Below are positions 31,360-45,858 of a stretch of DNA of 64,000 nt, one piece after another. A program made the translations under genes and the position numbers. The first letter of the stretch is position 1, and each line of letters starts with the position of its first letter. The notes below the pieces were generated by a model that saw only the letters and a list, made by a program, of their open reading frames with translations, searched no databases and had not been told where the DNA came from. Origin of the DNA: an uncultured Sutterella sp. (GTDB lineage Bacteria > Pseudomonadota > Gammaproteobacteria > Burkholderiales > Burkholderiaceae_F); the NCBI GenBank assembly GCA_900770335.1, contig CAAGKD010000094.1:33789-97788 (forward strand), read 5' to 3'.

Positions 31360-32139
31360 TCAGGCGGCCTTGCCGGGCTCAAGCCGGCTGATGATCTCGT
31401 CGGCGAAGGCCTTGTAGGCCATGGCTCCCTTGCTCGACGGATCGTAGACGACGCCGGGCTTGCCGTAGCTCGGAGCCTCGGCGAGCCGGACGTTGCGCGG
31501 AATGATCGTGTTGAAGACCTTGTCGCCGAAGTGCTTCTTGAGCTGGGCGCTCACCTGCTGCTGCAACGTGATCCTCGGATCGAACATCACGCGCAGGATG
31601 GAGATGATGCGCAGACGGGGGTTCTTCTCGGAGTGCACGCGGCGGATGGATCCGACGAGGTCCGTGAGACCCTCGAGCGCAAAGTACTCGCACTGCATCG
31701 GCACGATCACGCCGTCGGCGAAGCACAGGGCGTTGAGCGTGAGCATCGACAGGCTCGGCGGGCAGTCGACGAGAACGTAGTCGTAGCGATCGAGCAGGGG
31801 ACCGAGCGTCTTCTTGAGGCGCTGGTCGCGCTCGCGGATGCTGATGAGCTCAATCTCCGCGCCGGAGAGCTCTCGATTCGCCGGCAGCACGTCGAAGCCC
31901 CCGCACTCGCTGCGCCGGACGACGTCGTCAAAGGACTTCAGTCCGAGAAGCAGCTGATAGACGGAGCACTCCACCTCGCGCTTGTCGATGCCGCATCCCA
32001 TCGTTCCGTTGCCCTGGGGATCAAGGTCCACGAAGAGCACGCGGCGGCCGCGCAACGCCAGAGCGGCGGCGAGGTTGACGGTGGTGGTGGTCTTGCCGAC
32101 ACCGCCCTTCTGATTGGCAATGCAAAGAACCTGAGCCAT
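31360..32139 (-). CDS. parA: Chromosome partitioning ATPase ParA (Soj)
   Basis: Deviant Walker A IANQKGGVGKTTT. Confidence 0.9.
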   Translation of the reverse strand: MAQVLCIANQKGGVGKTTTTVNLAAALALRGRRVLFVDLDPQGNGTMGCGIDKREVECSVYQLLLGLKSFDDVVRRSECGGFDVLPANRELSGAEIELISIRERDQRLKKTLGPLLDRYDYVLVDCPPSLSMLTLNALCFADGVIVPMQCEYFALEGLTDLVGSIRRVHSEKNPRLRIISILRVMFDPRITLQQQVSAQLKKHFGDKVFNTIIPRNVRLAEAPSYGKPGVVYDPSSKGAMAYKAFADEIISRLEPGKAA

Positions 32140-32200
32140 GGAGTGCAGCCGAAGAAAAACGGGGAATGTGAGGTGAATTCTAACGAATGCGTCCGGCCGG

Positions 32201-32860
32201 TCAGGCTCCGAGGCTGAGCCAGAGCTCCGAGAACCCCTTCCAGAAGACGGAGAAGCCCAGGCAGATCAGGATGAACGCGAAGATTCGCGCGAGCGCGTCC
32301 GCGCCTGCAGCGCCTACGGAGCGACTGAAGCGGTCGCTGTAGCGGAAGCACACCCAGATGACGATGACCGTGGCGACGATGGCCGCGAGCGTTCCGCCGA
32401 GATTGGTCACCGTGTAGGGCAGGCTCGTGCCGAGAGCCACCGTGACGGCGATCGCGCCCGGTCCCGCGACGAGCGGAAGCGTGAAGGGATAGAAGGCCAT
32501 TGACTTGAGGCGCGTGCGCGAAAGGCGCGGCGGCGCCTCCTTCTTCTGCGTCTCGTCCTGCGAGGGCGCGTTGAGCGCGTTCCAGCCCGCGGCGAAGAGC
32601 ACGACGCCGCCCGCGCAGCGCAGCACGCCGACGGAGATTCCAAAGAACCCGAGGATCAAGTGGCCCGCGAAGAGGCACACGAGCAGGATGATGAGCGAGA
32701 AGATCGCAATGCGGCCCGCGACGTACGCCCTGTCGGCGTCCGCAAGGTCGCGCGTCATCGTGACGAAGAAGAGCGCCGCGCTGAAGGGATTGATGACCGG
32801 CACCAGCGTGGTGAAGGTGTAGACGAAGGCGCTCAGGAAGGTGGCCGAGAGGATGTCCAT
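32201..32860 (-). CDS. MarC-family (UPF0056) membrane protein, second paralog
   Basis: MDILSATFLSAFVYTFTTLVPVINPFSAALFFVTMT...; TM-rich, 219 aa; inserted between rsmG and parA. Confidence 0.75.
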   Translation of the reverse strand: MDILSATFLSAFVYTFTTLVPVINPFSAALFFVTMTRDLADADRAYVAGRIAIFSLIILLVCLFAGHLILGFFGISVGVLRCAGGVVLFAAGWNALNAPSQDETQKKEAPPRLSRTRLKSMAFYPFTLPLVAGPGAIAVTVALGTSLPYTVTNLGGTLAAIVATVIVIWVCFRYSDRFSRSVGAAGADALARIFAFILICLGFSVFWKGFSELWLSLGA

Positions 32861-32874
32861 GATTCTCTTCTCCT

Positions 32875-33510
32875 TCAGTTGTCGTCGCGAAGGACGATGA
32901 GATGGCGCCTCTCGGCGAGGCCCGGGACGGTCATGGGCTCAATGCGCTCGACGGCGACGCCCGCGGGGAGCGCCGCGATCTCATCGTCCGGGATGACGCC
33001 CTTCATCGCGAGCCAGCGCCCGCCCGGAGCGAGCAGGGGGCGCGTGAGGGCGGTGAAGTCCGCGAGCGAGGCGAATGCCCGGCTCGTGATGAGCTCCCAC
33101 GCGCCCTTGAGCCTCTCGACGCGGCCGTGGACGGCGTGGAGATTTCTCAGGCTGAGCTCGATCGCCGCCTGATTGACGAAAGCGGCCTTCTTGCCGACGG
33201 CGTCGATGCCGGTCACCTGAAGGTCCGGGCGCAGAATTGCGATCGGCACGCTCGGGAGCCCTCCGCCGCAGCCGACGTCCAGGATGCGCGTTGCGTCCGC
33301 ATCGATGCGAGGCACGAGCGCGGCGGAATCCAGAAGATGGTGCGTGAGCACCTCCTCGGGCCGCCGGATGGCCGTGAGGTTGTAGACGCGGTTCCATTTG
33401 AGAAGGAGCTCCGCGTAGCCCGCGAAGGCGTCGAGCGCGCTCTCGTCGGAGCGCACGCCGAGGGCGGAGAGCCCTTCGGCCAGGGTCTTTCGGTCAATGA
33501 TGTCGTTCAT
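32875..33510 (-). CDS. rsmG: 16S rRNA (guanine527-N7)-methyltransferase
   Basis: SAM-binding motif ILDVGCGGGLP; 211 aa; immediately downstream of mnmG. Confidence 0.9.
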   Translation of the reverse strand: MNDIIDRKTLAEGLSALGVRSDESALDAFAGYAELLLKWNRVYNLTAIRRPEEVLTHHLLDSAALVPRIDADATRILDVGCGGGLPSVPIAILRPDLQVTGIDAVGKKAAFVNQAAIELSLRNLHAVHGRVERLKGAWELITSRAFASLADFTALTRPLLAPGGRWLAMKGVIPDDEIAALPAGVAVERIEPMTVPGLAERRHLIVLRDDN

Positions 33511-33525
33511 GGTGTTTTCTCCGGC

Positions 33526-35448
33526 TCAGTCTTCCGCGGCCCGGGCGGCGCGCGCCCCGCCCCTGCGCTTGAGGTGCACGAGAAGAAGCGCGATCGCCGC
33601 GGGCGTGACGCCCGAGATGCGCGAGGCCTGTCCGACCGTCTCGGGCCGGATCGTCCTGAGCTTCTGCCGGACCTCGAAGGAAAGGCCCGTGACGGCGTCA
33701 TAGTCCATGTCGGCGGGGATCGCCAGCGTCTCGCCGGCGAGGTTCCGCTCGATCTCGTCCTTCTGGCGGGTCACGTAGCCCGCGTACTTGACCTCGACCT
33801 CGACGCGGGTGCGCTCGGGAGCGTCAAGATCAGCGAGGTCGAGCGCAGCCGAGCCGTCCGTGCGGCGCATCGTGGCGAGCGCGTCAAGCGTGACGCCAGG
33901 CCTTGCAAGCAGGCTGCACATGGCGTACTCGCGCTCGATCGGCGTTCCGAGCACGCGCTCGGCCTCGGCGCGCTCGACGATTCTCGGATTCACCCAGGTT
34001 TCGCGAAGCGCCTGCATGGCCCGCTCGATGCGCTCGGTCTTCCTGCAGAAGTGCTCCCAGCGGGCGTCGTCGACGAGGCCGAGCCTGCGGCCGGTCTCCG
34101 TGAGGCGGGCGTCGGCGTTGTCCTCGCGCAGGGAGAGGCGGTACTCCGCTCGGCTCGTGAACATGCGGTAGGGCTCGGTGACGCCCTTCGTCGTGAGGTC
34201 GTCGACCATGACGCCGATGTAGGCCTCGTCGCGGCGGGGCGTCCAGGCGTCCTTCCCGGCGCTCAGGAGCGCCGCGTTGACGCCCGCGAGAATGCCCTGC
34301 GCGGCGGCCTCCTCATAGCCCGTGGTTCCGTTGATCTGCCCGGCGAAGAAGAGTCCGGGAAGCGCCTTCGTCTCGAGCGAGCGCTTCAGACCGCGCGGAT
34401 CGTAGTAGTCGTACTCGATCGCGTAGCCCGGACGGATGAGATGCGCGTTCTCCAGGCCCGGCATCATCCGGACCATCCGGTACTGCACGTCAAAGGGCAG
34501 GCTCGTCGAGATGCCGTTCGGATAGAACTCGCGCACGTTGAGGCCCTCGGGCTCGAGGAACACCTGATGGCTGTCCTTCGAGGCGAAGCGCTTGACCTTG
34601 TCCTCGATTGAGGGGCAGTACCGGGGGCCGACGCCCCGGATGACGCCCGCGTACATCGGCGAACGGTCGAGGTTCGCGAGGATGAGCTCATGCATCTCCG
34701 GGGTCGTGCGCGTGATCCAGCAGGGGACCTGCCTCGGATGCTCGATCGCCGGCCTCATGAGGGAGAAGACCGGAACGGGATCAAGGTCGCCCCACTGCTC
34801 CTCGCAGCGGCTGAAGTCGATGGTCCGTCCGTCGATGCGCGCCGGCGTGCCCGTCTTGAGCCGCCCCTGCGGCATGCCGAGCTCCTTGAGGCGCTCGGCG
34901 AGCCGAACGCTCGCGGGATCCCCCATGCGGCCGGCCTCATAGTGCTCAAGGCCAATATGCACGAGGCCGTTGAGGAAGGTGCCCGAGCAGATCACGACCG
35001 CGTCCGCATGGAAGCGGACGCCCGTTTTGACGACGACGCCCGCGGCGCGGCCGTTCTCGACGATGAGATCGTCCGCGGCCATCTGGAACACCGTGAGGCC
35101 GCGTTGCCCCTCGATGCGCTCGCGCATGGCCTGCCGGTAGAGCTGCCGGTCGATCTGCGCGCGCGTGGCGTGCACGGCCGCGCCCTTGGAGGCGTTGAGG
35201 ATGCGGAACTGGATGCCTGCGGCGTCGGTGACCTGCGCCATGGCGCCGCCCAGGGCGTCGAGCTCCTTGACGAGATGTCCCTTGCCGATGCCGCCGATTG
35301 ACGGATTGCACGAAAGCTGGCCGATCGTGTCGAGGTTGTGCGTGATCAGAAGCGTGCGCCGCCCCATGCGGGCGGCGGCAAGAGCCGCCTCGGCGCCTGC
35401 GTGTCCGCAGCCGACGACGATGACGTCAAAGCGTTCTGGATATTCCAT
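33526..35448 (-). CDS. mnmG: tRNA uridine 5-carboxymethylaminomethyl modification enzyme
   Basis: FAD-binding N-terminus [16 protein letters not shown]; 640 aa. Confidence 0.95.
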   Translation of the reverse strand: MEYPERFDVIVVGCGHAGAEAALAAARMGRRTLLITHNLDTIGQLSCNPSIGGIGKGHLVKELDALGGAMAQVTDAAGIQFRILNASKGAAVHATRAQIDRQLYRQAMRERIEGQRGLTVFQMAADDLIVENGRAAGVVVKTGVRFHADAVVICSGTFLNGLVHIGLEHYEAGRMGDPASVRLAERLKELGMPQGRLKTGTPARIDGRTIDFSRCEEQWGDLDPVPVFSLMRPAIEHPRQVPCWITRTTPEMHELILANLDRSPMYAGVIRGVGPRYCPSIEDKVKRFASKDSHQVFLEPEGLNVREFYPNGISTSLPFDVQYRMVRMMPGLENAHLIRPGYAIEYDYYDPRGLKRSLETKALPGLFFAGQINGTTGYEEAAAQGILAGVNAALLSAGKDAWTPRRDEAYIGVMVDDLTTKGVTEPYRMFTSRAEYRLSLREDNADARLTETGRRLGLVDDARWEHFCRKTERIERAMQALRETWVNPRIVERAEAERVLGTPIEREYAMCSLLARPGVTLDALATMRRTDGSAALDLADLDAPERTRVEVEVKYAGYVTRQKDEIERNLAGETLAIPADMDYDAVTGLSFEVRQKLRTIRPETVGQASRISGVTPAAIALLLVHLKRRGGARAARAAED

Positions 35449-35475
35449 TCGATGTCCTTTCCGGGAGAGCTGCGG

Positions 35476-36861
35476 TCACTTGCCGATGCAGAACCGGCTG
35501 AAGATGATGTCGAGCAGCCCCTCGGCGTCCGTCTCCCCGAGGATCTCCCCAAGAGCGCGGCCGGAGAGCCGAAGCTCCTCGGCGAGGAGCTCCATCATAC
35601 CGAAGCCGTCATGCGCGATTCCGAGCGCCCGCCTCAGGTGAATCCCGGCCTCCTCAAGACACTTGAGATGCCGCTCGCGGGCGAGAAAGAGCTCCTCGGC
35701 GCCTCCCGTCATGTCGACCGCATCGAGCACGCGCGAGCGAAGCTCGCCCAGGCCTTCGCCCGTCCGGGCGGAGAGAACGACGAACCCTCTTCGGGCGAAC
35801 GCCGCCCGCGCGGCCTCGTCCGCCTTGTCGGCCTTGTTCGCGACGCGGATGAGCGGCACGTCTGGGCGCGCGACCGCGCGCACCTGCGCGAGCGCGTCCT
35901 CGTCGTCTCCGACGTCGCCCGAGGCGTCCGTGAGCACGAGCACGATGTCCGCGTCGGCGACGGCCCTGAGCGTGCGCTCGATGCCCTTGCGCTCGACGAC
36001 GTCGTCCGTTTCGCGCAGGCCCGCCGTGTCGACGATCCGGACCGGCACGCCGTCAAAGGCCGTCCAGTGCTCGATGCGGTCGCGGGTCGTTCCGGCGATG
36101 TCCGTGACGATCGCCACCTCCTCGCCGGCGAATGCGTTGAGAAGGCTCGACTTTCCGACGTTCGGAGAGCCGACGAGCGCAACCGTGACGCCCTCGGAGA
36201 GCACGACGCCGCGCCGCGCCGTGCGCATGAGCGCGTCGATGCCGTCCGCGGCGCGCTCCATCCTCGAGACGATCTCGCCCGAGCGGAGGTCGTCGAGCTC
36301 CTCCTCGGGGAAGTCGAGCTCCGCCTCCGTGAGCGCGCGGGCCTCGTCAAGCGCCGAGCCGATCGTCGCGACGCGCCTCGAGAAGTCGCCCGAGAGGGAC
36401 CTCGCAGCGGCGCGCGCTGAAGCCTCGCTCATCGCATCGATCATGCCGCTCACGGCCTCGGCCTGCGCGAGATCGATCCGTCCGTTGAGATAGGCGCGCT
36501 TCGTGAACTCTCCGGGCTCGGCGATCCGCAGTCCGCAGAAGGCGAGCTTCGCGAGGGCAGCGCGCAGGATGAGCTTGAGCACCATGGGGCCACCGTGCGC
36601 CTGGATCTCGAGCACCGTCTCGCCCGTGTAGCTGCGGGGCGCGGGAAAGAACAGGGTGATCGAGCGGTCAAGGAGCCGCCCCTCGGCGTCCGTCACGTCA
36701 AGAAGATGCGCGTGCCGCGGCTCGAGCGTCCTGCCGGGAAAGAGCGCGGCGATAATGGCCTGTGCCGACTCCGCGGGGAAGGAGAGGCGGACGATGCCCA
36801 CCGCGCCCCGGCCCGCCGCCGTCGAGATGGCGATGATCGGAGTCTTGTCATTCATCTGCAT
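35476..36861 (-). CDS. mnmE: tRNA modification GTPase
   Basis: G-domain motif GSPNVGKSSLLN and C-terminal CIGK; 461 aa. Confidence 0.9.
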   Translation of the reverse strand: MQMNDKTPIIAISTAAGRGAVGIVRLSFPAESAQAIIAALFPGRTLEPRHAHLLDVTDAEGRLLDRSITLFFPAPRSYTGETVLEIQAHGGPMVLKLILRAALAKLAFCGLRIAEPGEFTKRAYLNGRIDLAQAEAVSGMIDAMSEASARAAARSLSGDFSRRVATIGSALDEARALTEAELDFPEEELDDLRSGEIVSRMERAADGIDALMRTARRGVVLSEGVTVALVGSPNVGKSSLLNAFAGEEVAIVTDIAGTTRDRIEHWTAFDGVPVRIVDTAGLRETDDVVERKGIERTLRAVADADIVLVLTDASGDVGDDEDALAQVRAVARPDVPLIRVANKADKADEAARAAFARRGFVVLSARTGEGLGELRSRVLDAVDMTGGAEELFLARERHLKCLEEAGIHLRRALGIAHDGFGMMELLAEELRLSGRALGEILGETDAEGLLDIIFSRFCIGK

Positions 36862-36902
36862 GTGGTTTTCTCCCTGCGGATCTTTCTTTCAAAGGAGCAT
36901 CG

Positions 36903-37220
36903 ATGTCACTTCAGTCGCCCGGCTCCCCCGGGCGGGGGCGCTTCTTCGGCCCCGCCCTGGTGGGGGCCTGCACGGCCGTCATTCTCTCCGTTCCCGCCGC
37001 GGCCTGGACGGCGAGGCTTCTCGGAGACACATACTCGGTGCGCGCCGCCATCTACTGCGGCTTTCTGCTCTGGGTCGTCTGCGGCGCCGTCTGCGTCTTC
37101 ATGAGAACCTGGCGGGGCGAGCAGGGCCGGCTCACCGGCGGCCGCATTCTGCTCTGGTTTCTCTCCGTCTGGCTCTGGCCGCTTCTGCTTGCCGCGAGCC
37201 TTCTCTCCGGGAGGAAATGA
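36903..37220 (+). CDS. Hypothetical small membrane protein, antisense-oriented between mnmE and yidC
   Basis: 105 aa with two or three hydrophobic segments in a 457 bp mnmE-yidC spacer. No recognisable family; could be spurious in GC-rich DNA. Confidence 0.3.
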   Translation: MSLQSPGSPGRGRFFGPALVGACTAVILSVPAAAWTARLLGDTYSVRAAIYCGFLLWVVCGAVCVFMRTWRGEQGRLTGGRILLWFLSVWLWPLLLAASLLSGRK

Positions 37221-37318
37221 GAGAAGGCCGGGGCCCCGCCGCCTGCGCGGAGAGCTCCCGGCCTTCCCGATCAGTCCGTCCGCGCGCCTTCAGGGACGCG
37301 CGGGCTGACGGATCCGCG

Positions 37319-39013
37319 TCACTTCTGCCTGGCGAGACGCTCGGCGCGCTCGGCGGCGATCGTCTTGTTGATCCACCACTGCTGGGCGATCGAGAGGACG
37401 TTGTTCGTGAGCCAGTAGAGCACGAGGCCGGCGGCGAACACGAAGAACATCACGGAGAACACCAGCGGCATGATGTACATGACCTTGGCCTGGGTCGGAT
37501 CGGTGGGCTTGGGGTTGAGCAGGATCTGCAGGAACATCGTCACGGCCATCAGGATCGGCAGGACGAACCAGGGATCGGGCATGGCAAGGTCATGCACCCA
37601 GAGGAGCCAGTCCGCGCCGCGCAGCTCGACGGAGCCCTGAAGCACCCAGTAGAGGGCGAGGAACACCGGAATCTGCAGGAAGATCGGCAGGCACCCGCCG
37701 ACCGGGTTGATCTTCTCGTTGCGGTAGAGCTCCATCATCGCCTGATTGAGACGCTGCTTGTCATCCTTGTACTTCTCCTGAAGCGCCTTCATGCGCGGCG
37801 TGACCTCCTTCATCCTCGCCATCGAGCGGTAGCCCGCGGCGGAGATCGGGTAGAGGACGGCCTTCACGAGGCAGGTGAGCAGGACGATGGCCCAGCCCCA
37901 GTTCCCGACAATGCCGTAGAGGAACGACAGCAGCCAGTAGATGGGCTTGGCGAGGAACGTGAGCCAGCCGTAGTCGACGACGAGCTCCAGGCCCGGAGCG
38001 AGCTGCTCAAGGCGGTTCTGCTCCTGCGGGCCGGAGTAGAAGACCGCGCGGTCAGTCTCCTCGGCGCCCGGAGCGAGGGACTTCATCGAAACGATCGTTC
38101 CGACGGAGTACAGATCCTTGGAGACCTCGCGGGCGTAGTTCTGGCGGCTCTCGCCCTGGGCGGGGATCCAAGCGCTCACGAAGTGGTGCTGGATCATCGC
38201 GAGCCAGCCGTTGTCCGTGTGCTCGACGTAGGAGGCGTCCTTCTTGCGGATGTCCGAGAAGTCAAGCTTCTGGAAGTTCTCCTCGCTCGTGTAGAACGCC
38301 GGGCCGGTGAAGGTCGAGTACATCGAGCTCTCGCCGGCGGGCTTGGAGGAGTCGCGCGTGATCTGGTAGTAGATCTGCGGCGTGACGGACTCGCCCGAGA
38401 CGTTCTTCACGGTCGTGGCGACCTCGATGCCGTAGTTGCCGCGCTTGAAGGAGTAGGTCTTGGTGACCTTGACGCCGCCCTTCTCAGCCTCGAAGACGAC
38501 CTCAAGGTCGTCGGCGCCGTCCATGCTGAGCTTCTGGCTCACGAGGCGGAATTCGTCGGCGTGCGTCGGCCAGGCGCCGCCCACGAGGCCGCTCTGAGCG
38601 ACGTAGGTGTGCTCGCCCGCGACGTCGAGCAGCTTCACGTTGCCGAGGTCGTCGGCGGGCTTGCGGCCGAGGATCATGCCGGCGAGGCCGACCTCCGTCC
38701 AGTCCGCCTGCTGCGGGAAGAGAAGCATCTCGGTGCCGACGATGCGGGCGCCCTGCAGGTCAAAGGTAACCTTGAGGCGGTCGGTCGTCACAACCACGGG
38801 CTCCCGGGCGGGAGCGGCGGCCATGACGGGAGCCTCCTGCTTCGCGGCGGCGGCCGGAATGTCCGCGACGCCGCTCTCATTCTGAACGACGGCCTGCTCG
38901 GCTCCGCCGAAGAAGGACTTTCCACCCTTGTAGACCTGATAGTTGTCCCAAAGCATGAAAAGCGAGCCGAAAAGAATCACCCACAGAAGGGCGCGCTGAA
39001 CTTCTCTTCCCAT
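37319..39013 (-). CDS. yidC: Membrane protein insertase
   Basis: 564 aa with a large periplasmic domain and C-terminal TM bundle; positively charged tail ...ERLARQK. Confidence 0.9.
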   Translation of the reverse strand: MGREVQRALLWVILFGSLFMLWDNYQVYKGGKSFFGGAEQAVVQNESGVADIPAAAAKQEAPVMAAAPAREPVVVTTDRLKVTFDLQGARIVGTEMLLFPQQADWTEVGLAGMILGRKPADDLGNVKLLDVAGEHTYVAQSGLVGGAWPTHADEFRLVSQKLSMDGADDLEVVFEAEKGGVKVTKTYSFKRGNYGIEVATTVKNVSGESVTPQIYYQITRDSSKPAGESSMYSTFTGPAFYTSEENFQKLDFSDIRKKDASYVEHTDNGWLAMIQHHFVSAWIPAQGESRQNYAREVSKDLYSVGTIVSMKSLAPGAEETDRAVFYSGPQEQNRLEQLAPGLELVVDYGWLTFLAKPIYWLLSFLYGIVGNWGWAIVLLTCLVKAVLYPISAAGYRSMARMKEVTPRMKALQEKYKDDKQRLNQAMMELYRNEKINPVGGCLPIFLQIPVFLALYWVLQGSVELRGADWLLWVHDLAMPDPWFVLPILMAVTMFLQILLNPKPTDPTQAKVMYIMPLVFSVMFFVFAAGLVLYWLTNNVLSIAQQWWINKTIAAERAERLARQK

Positions 39014-39037
39014 AAAGCGCTCTTGAGTCCTGAGTAA

Positions 39038-39367
39038 TTAGAAATTGTGGAAGAGGGACCGTCCGCCGTTGCCGCGGCGCTCCCCGTCATCACGATCCTG
39101 AGCCCTGTCGTCCGGACACCCTCCGCAGAGGCACCGCCAGCCGAAGCGCGCAGGAACGGGATCATAACCTCTGCCGCCGAACGGATGGCACCGCAATATG
39201 CGACCGAGTGCGAGCAGACTTCCGCGGATCGCTCCGTGTCGCTCGACCGCCTCCATGGCGTACTGCGAGCAGGTGGGCAGATAGCGGCATTCGCGCCCGA
39301 CCCAGGGAGAGAGCGTGAGCTGATAGAGCCGGATGAGCCCCTTGAGCGCCGCCGTCGCGAGACTCAT
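39038..39367 (-). CDS. yidD: Membrane protein insertion efficiency factor
   Basis: [54 protein letters not shown]. Confidence 0.85.
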   Translation of the reverse strand: MSLATAALKGLIRLYQLTLSPWVGRECRYLPTCSQYAMEAVERHGAIRGSLLALGRILRCHPFGGRGYDPVPARFGWRCLCGGCPDDRAQDRDDGERRGNGGRSLFHNF

Positions 39368-39825
39368 GAGGCGGTCCCGCCTTCGCGGGCGCGCCGACGG
39401 CGGCCGGCCCGGCGAATCGTCTCGCGCATGAGCGCGCAGGCGTCCTCGTGAAGGGTCTTCTTCAATGCGCTTCTTGACTGCGCTTCGAGCGAGCGAAGCG
39501 CGACCTTGAGGCGAAGGGAGACGTCAAGCCCGGCGTCCGGACCGATCTGCTCGCGCAGCTCCGCAAGCGCCTGCCTCGCGGCCTCCCTCAGGGCGCGCTT
39601 GACGATCGCGCGGTCGACGGAAAGCGGCGAATTGCGCTTTCCGACCGTGATTCCCACGCGCACGCGGCCCTTCTCCGCATTCTCTAGGCATCCGGCGCTG
39701 AAGCATGCAGAATGAACGCGGAACGAATTGTCGCCCCGCGTTCTCAATATGACCCCGAAGTCCTCCGTCCTGATGAGGCGGCTCGTTCGGGGAAAGCCGA
39801 ATTTCTTCGTCTGCCTGTCGGACAC
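39364..39825 (-). CDS. rnpA: Ribonuclease P protein component
   Basis: [18 protein letters not shown]... RNR-like motif region; overlaps the yidD start by 4 bp. Confidence 0.85.
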   Translation of the reverse strand: MSDRQTKKFGFPRTSRLIRTEDFGVILRTRGDNSFRVHSACFSAGCLENAEKGRVRVGITVGKRNSPLSVDRAIVKRALREAARQALAELREQIGPDAGLDVSLRLKVALRSLEAQSRSALKKTLHEDACALMRETIRRAGRRRRAREGGTAS

Positions 39826-39857
39826 GGCACTGTCCCGCCGTGACGTCAGCCCGCCGA

Positions 39858-39998
39858 TCAGAGGGCGAGAACGTGACGGCCCTTGGCGCGACGGCGGGCG
39901 AGGACACGGCGGCCGCCCTTGGTGCGGCTGCGGACGAGGAAGCCGTGCGTGCGGGCGCGCTTGGTCTTGGAGGGCTGATAGGTACGCTTGGTAGCCAT
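39858..39998 (-). CDS. rpmH: 50S ribosomal protein L34
   Basis: [46 protein letters not shown] (46 aa). Confidence 0.9.
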   Translation of the reverse strand: MATKRTYQPSKTKRARTHGFLVRSRTKGGRRVLARRRAKGRHVLAL

Positions 39999-40205
39999 GA
40001 TTGTTTCCTTTGTCTCGAGGGAGAAGCCTGCGGGGAGAGGGCTCTCATCCCTGCGGCAATGAAGAATCCAGAGAAGCGGCGCATCCGGCCGCTCTGACGC
40101 ATTCCTCTTGGTCTCCAACGCCCCCCTGAAGGGAGCCGGACTGGAGGAAGCCTAGAAAAGTTCGCTATTACACATCAATCGGCTGACCTTGTCAATCGAC
40201 AGGCC

Positions 40206-40498
40206 TGTGGAAAATTTCGATTTCCCTCAGGTTCTTCGCGAGCCTGGGACGGCTCCCGAAACGCATGGGCTTGTTGCGTCACCCGCCGCACCACAACATA
40301 TAGCGTTCTTACTTGAGGAAAACACTCCTCTTGGTATCCCGCCGCCGAATGAAAGCGGATGCTCTCCTATCTTGCCTAGCGGCAGTGGCGATCCAATTGA
40401 GCCTCCCCCGACGGACCCTCGTCCGGCGCCGCGAAGACCTCCTCCATTGTGGATAACTTTTTCACTTATAATTCAATGAAATACGGAGTTGTCCACAC
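40206..40498. promoter_or_regulatory. DnaA boxes in the rpmH-dnaA intergenic region (dnaA promoter, possibly oriC-associated)
   Basis: TGTGGAAAA at 40206-40214, TGTGGATAA (perfect) at 40448-40456, and TTGTCCACA at 40490-40498. Confidence 0.55.
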
Positions 40499-40616
40499 GG
40501 AACGCACGCCTTCCGCGCTTCCCCACGCAGGGTTTGAAGCTACAATCAAAGGTTCCGCCGACCGAAACGCTCCTGATATATCGGCCATTTCCTTCGTCAA
40601 TCCTCCGCTTCCCGCT

Positions 40617-41984
40617 ATGCAAGAATTCTGGCAACAGTGCCTGGACAGCCTCAAGAAGCTCGTCCAGAGCGCGCCCAAGATCTACGACACCTGGTTCAAG
40701 GTGATCAGCCCGGTTTTCTGGGATCCGGAGACGGGCGTCCTGACGCTTGAGGCCCCGGCCTCGAAGGTCCGCTTCATCCGGAGCGCGTACCTGAAGAACA
40801 TTCAGACGATCGCCACGCATGTGAACGCAGGAAAGGCCGTCACAGTTTCTCTCGTCCCGGCCAAGGGGCAGGGGACGGATCCCTCCGCCGAGCCCGGCCC
40901 CGGACCGGCGGTCCCCGCGGACCAGAGGCGGCGCGAGGAGACGGGGCTTCTCCCCGGCCTCACTTTCGAGAACTACGTCAACGGCAACGCCAACCAGCTT
41001 GCCGTCGCCGCCGCCGAGCACGTAGCCACGACGACGGGCACGCAGTACAACCCTCTTTACATCTACGGCGGCGTCGGCCTCGGCAAGACGCACCTCATGC
41101 AGGCGATCGGCCACCGCTATCTTGACCTGCACCCCAAGGCGCGCGTCCGATGCGTCTCCGCGCAGGACTTCATCAACGAGTACACGGCCGCCGTTCGCGA
41201 ATCGGCGAACAAGTCGCACGCAAGCCTCGAAAAGTTCGACGAGCGCTACCGCAACCTCGACCTCCTGCTCATCGACGACGTGCAGTCGCTCTCGGGCGCC
41301 AAGGGCTCGCAGGGACAGTTCTTCCGCGCGTTCGAGGCGCTCGTGCCGCACAACAAGCAGCTCGTCATCACGTCGGACACCTACACGCGCGGCCTCAAGG
41401 ACATCGAACCGCGCCTGATCTCGCGCCTCTCACAGGGCCTCTCGGTCGCGATCGAGCCGCCTGAGTTCGAGATGCGCACGGCCATTCTGCTCAACAAGGC
41501 CAAGGCGATGGGCGTGGATCTGCCCGACGAGGTCGCGGCCTTCATCGCCAAGCGTCTCAAGAGCAATGTCCGCGAGCTCGAGGGAGCGCTCCAGCAGGTC
41601 GTCGCCTACCAGCAGTTCCAGCCCGCCGCCTCCCGCGAGATCACGATCGACATCGCCAAGCGCGTGCTCAGGGACCAGTTCCAGGTCGTCAACAGCCTGA
41701 TCACGATCGAGAGCATCCAGAAGACGGTCGCCGACTACTACAAGATCAAGGTAGCCGACATGCACTCCAAGCGCCGCCCGGCGCACATCGCGCTGCCGCG
41801 TCAGATCGCCATGTACCTCACCAAGGAGCTCACGCAGCACAGCCTGCCCGAGATCGGAGAGAACTTCGGCGGACGCGACCACACGACCGTGATGCATGCG
41901 GTTCGTAAAATTACGCAGGAACGCCAGAGCAACGCCGAGCTCAATCATGAGATTCACGTTCTCGAGCAGATGATCCGGGGCTGA
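40617..41984 (+). CDS. dnaA: Chromosomal replication initiator protein
   Basis: N-terminus MQEFWQQCLDSLKK; AAA+ Walker A GGVGLGKTHL; C-terminal DNA-binding helix with DHTTVMHA. The ATG at 40617 is chosen over the upstream extension. Confidence 0.95.
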   Translation: MQEFWQQCLDSLKKLVQSAPKIYDTWFKVISPVFWDPETGVLTLEAPASKVRFIRSAYLKNIQTIATHVNAGKAVTVSLVPAKGQGTDPSAEPGPGPAVPADQRRREETGLLPGLTFENYVNGNANQLAVAAAEHVATTTGTQYNPLYIYGGVGLGKTHLMQAIGHRYLDLHPKARVRCVSAQDFINEYTAAVRESANKSHASLEKFDERYRNLDLLLIDDVQSLSGAKGSQGQFFRAFEALVPHNKQLVITSDTYTRGLKDIEPRLISRLSQGLSVAIEPPEFEMRTAILLNKAKAMGVDLPDEVAAFIAKRLKSNVRELEGALQQVVAYQQFQPAASREITIDIAKRVLRDQFQVVNSLITIESIQKTVADYYKIKVADMHSKRRPAHIALPRQIAMYLTKELTQHSLPEIGENFGGRDHTTVMHAVRKITQERQSNAELNHEIHVLEQMIRG

Positions 41985-42025
41985 CACAGCACCCGCCGGA
42001 AGGATTTTTTCACGCCACAGATACC

Positions 42026-45791
<3,766 letters not shown>

Positions 45792-45858
45792 TTGCGTTCA
45801 CATCATGCGGGGCGTCCGGGACTCACCGGACGCCCCTTCAATTTTTGGGGAGCCCGTC

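Noticed and set aside
40000-40616. The rpmH-dnaA spacer as the sole, obvious oriC
   Set aside because: I did not reject it as a DnaA-binding region; its boxes are annotated above. It has only three boxes and no conspicuous AT-rich tract, so I did not annotate it as oriC outright. The stronger cluster at 46.8-47.2 kb is flagged instead, and both need experimental resolution.
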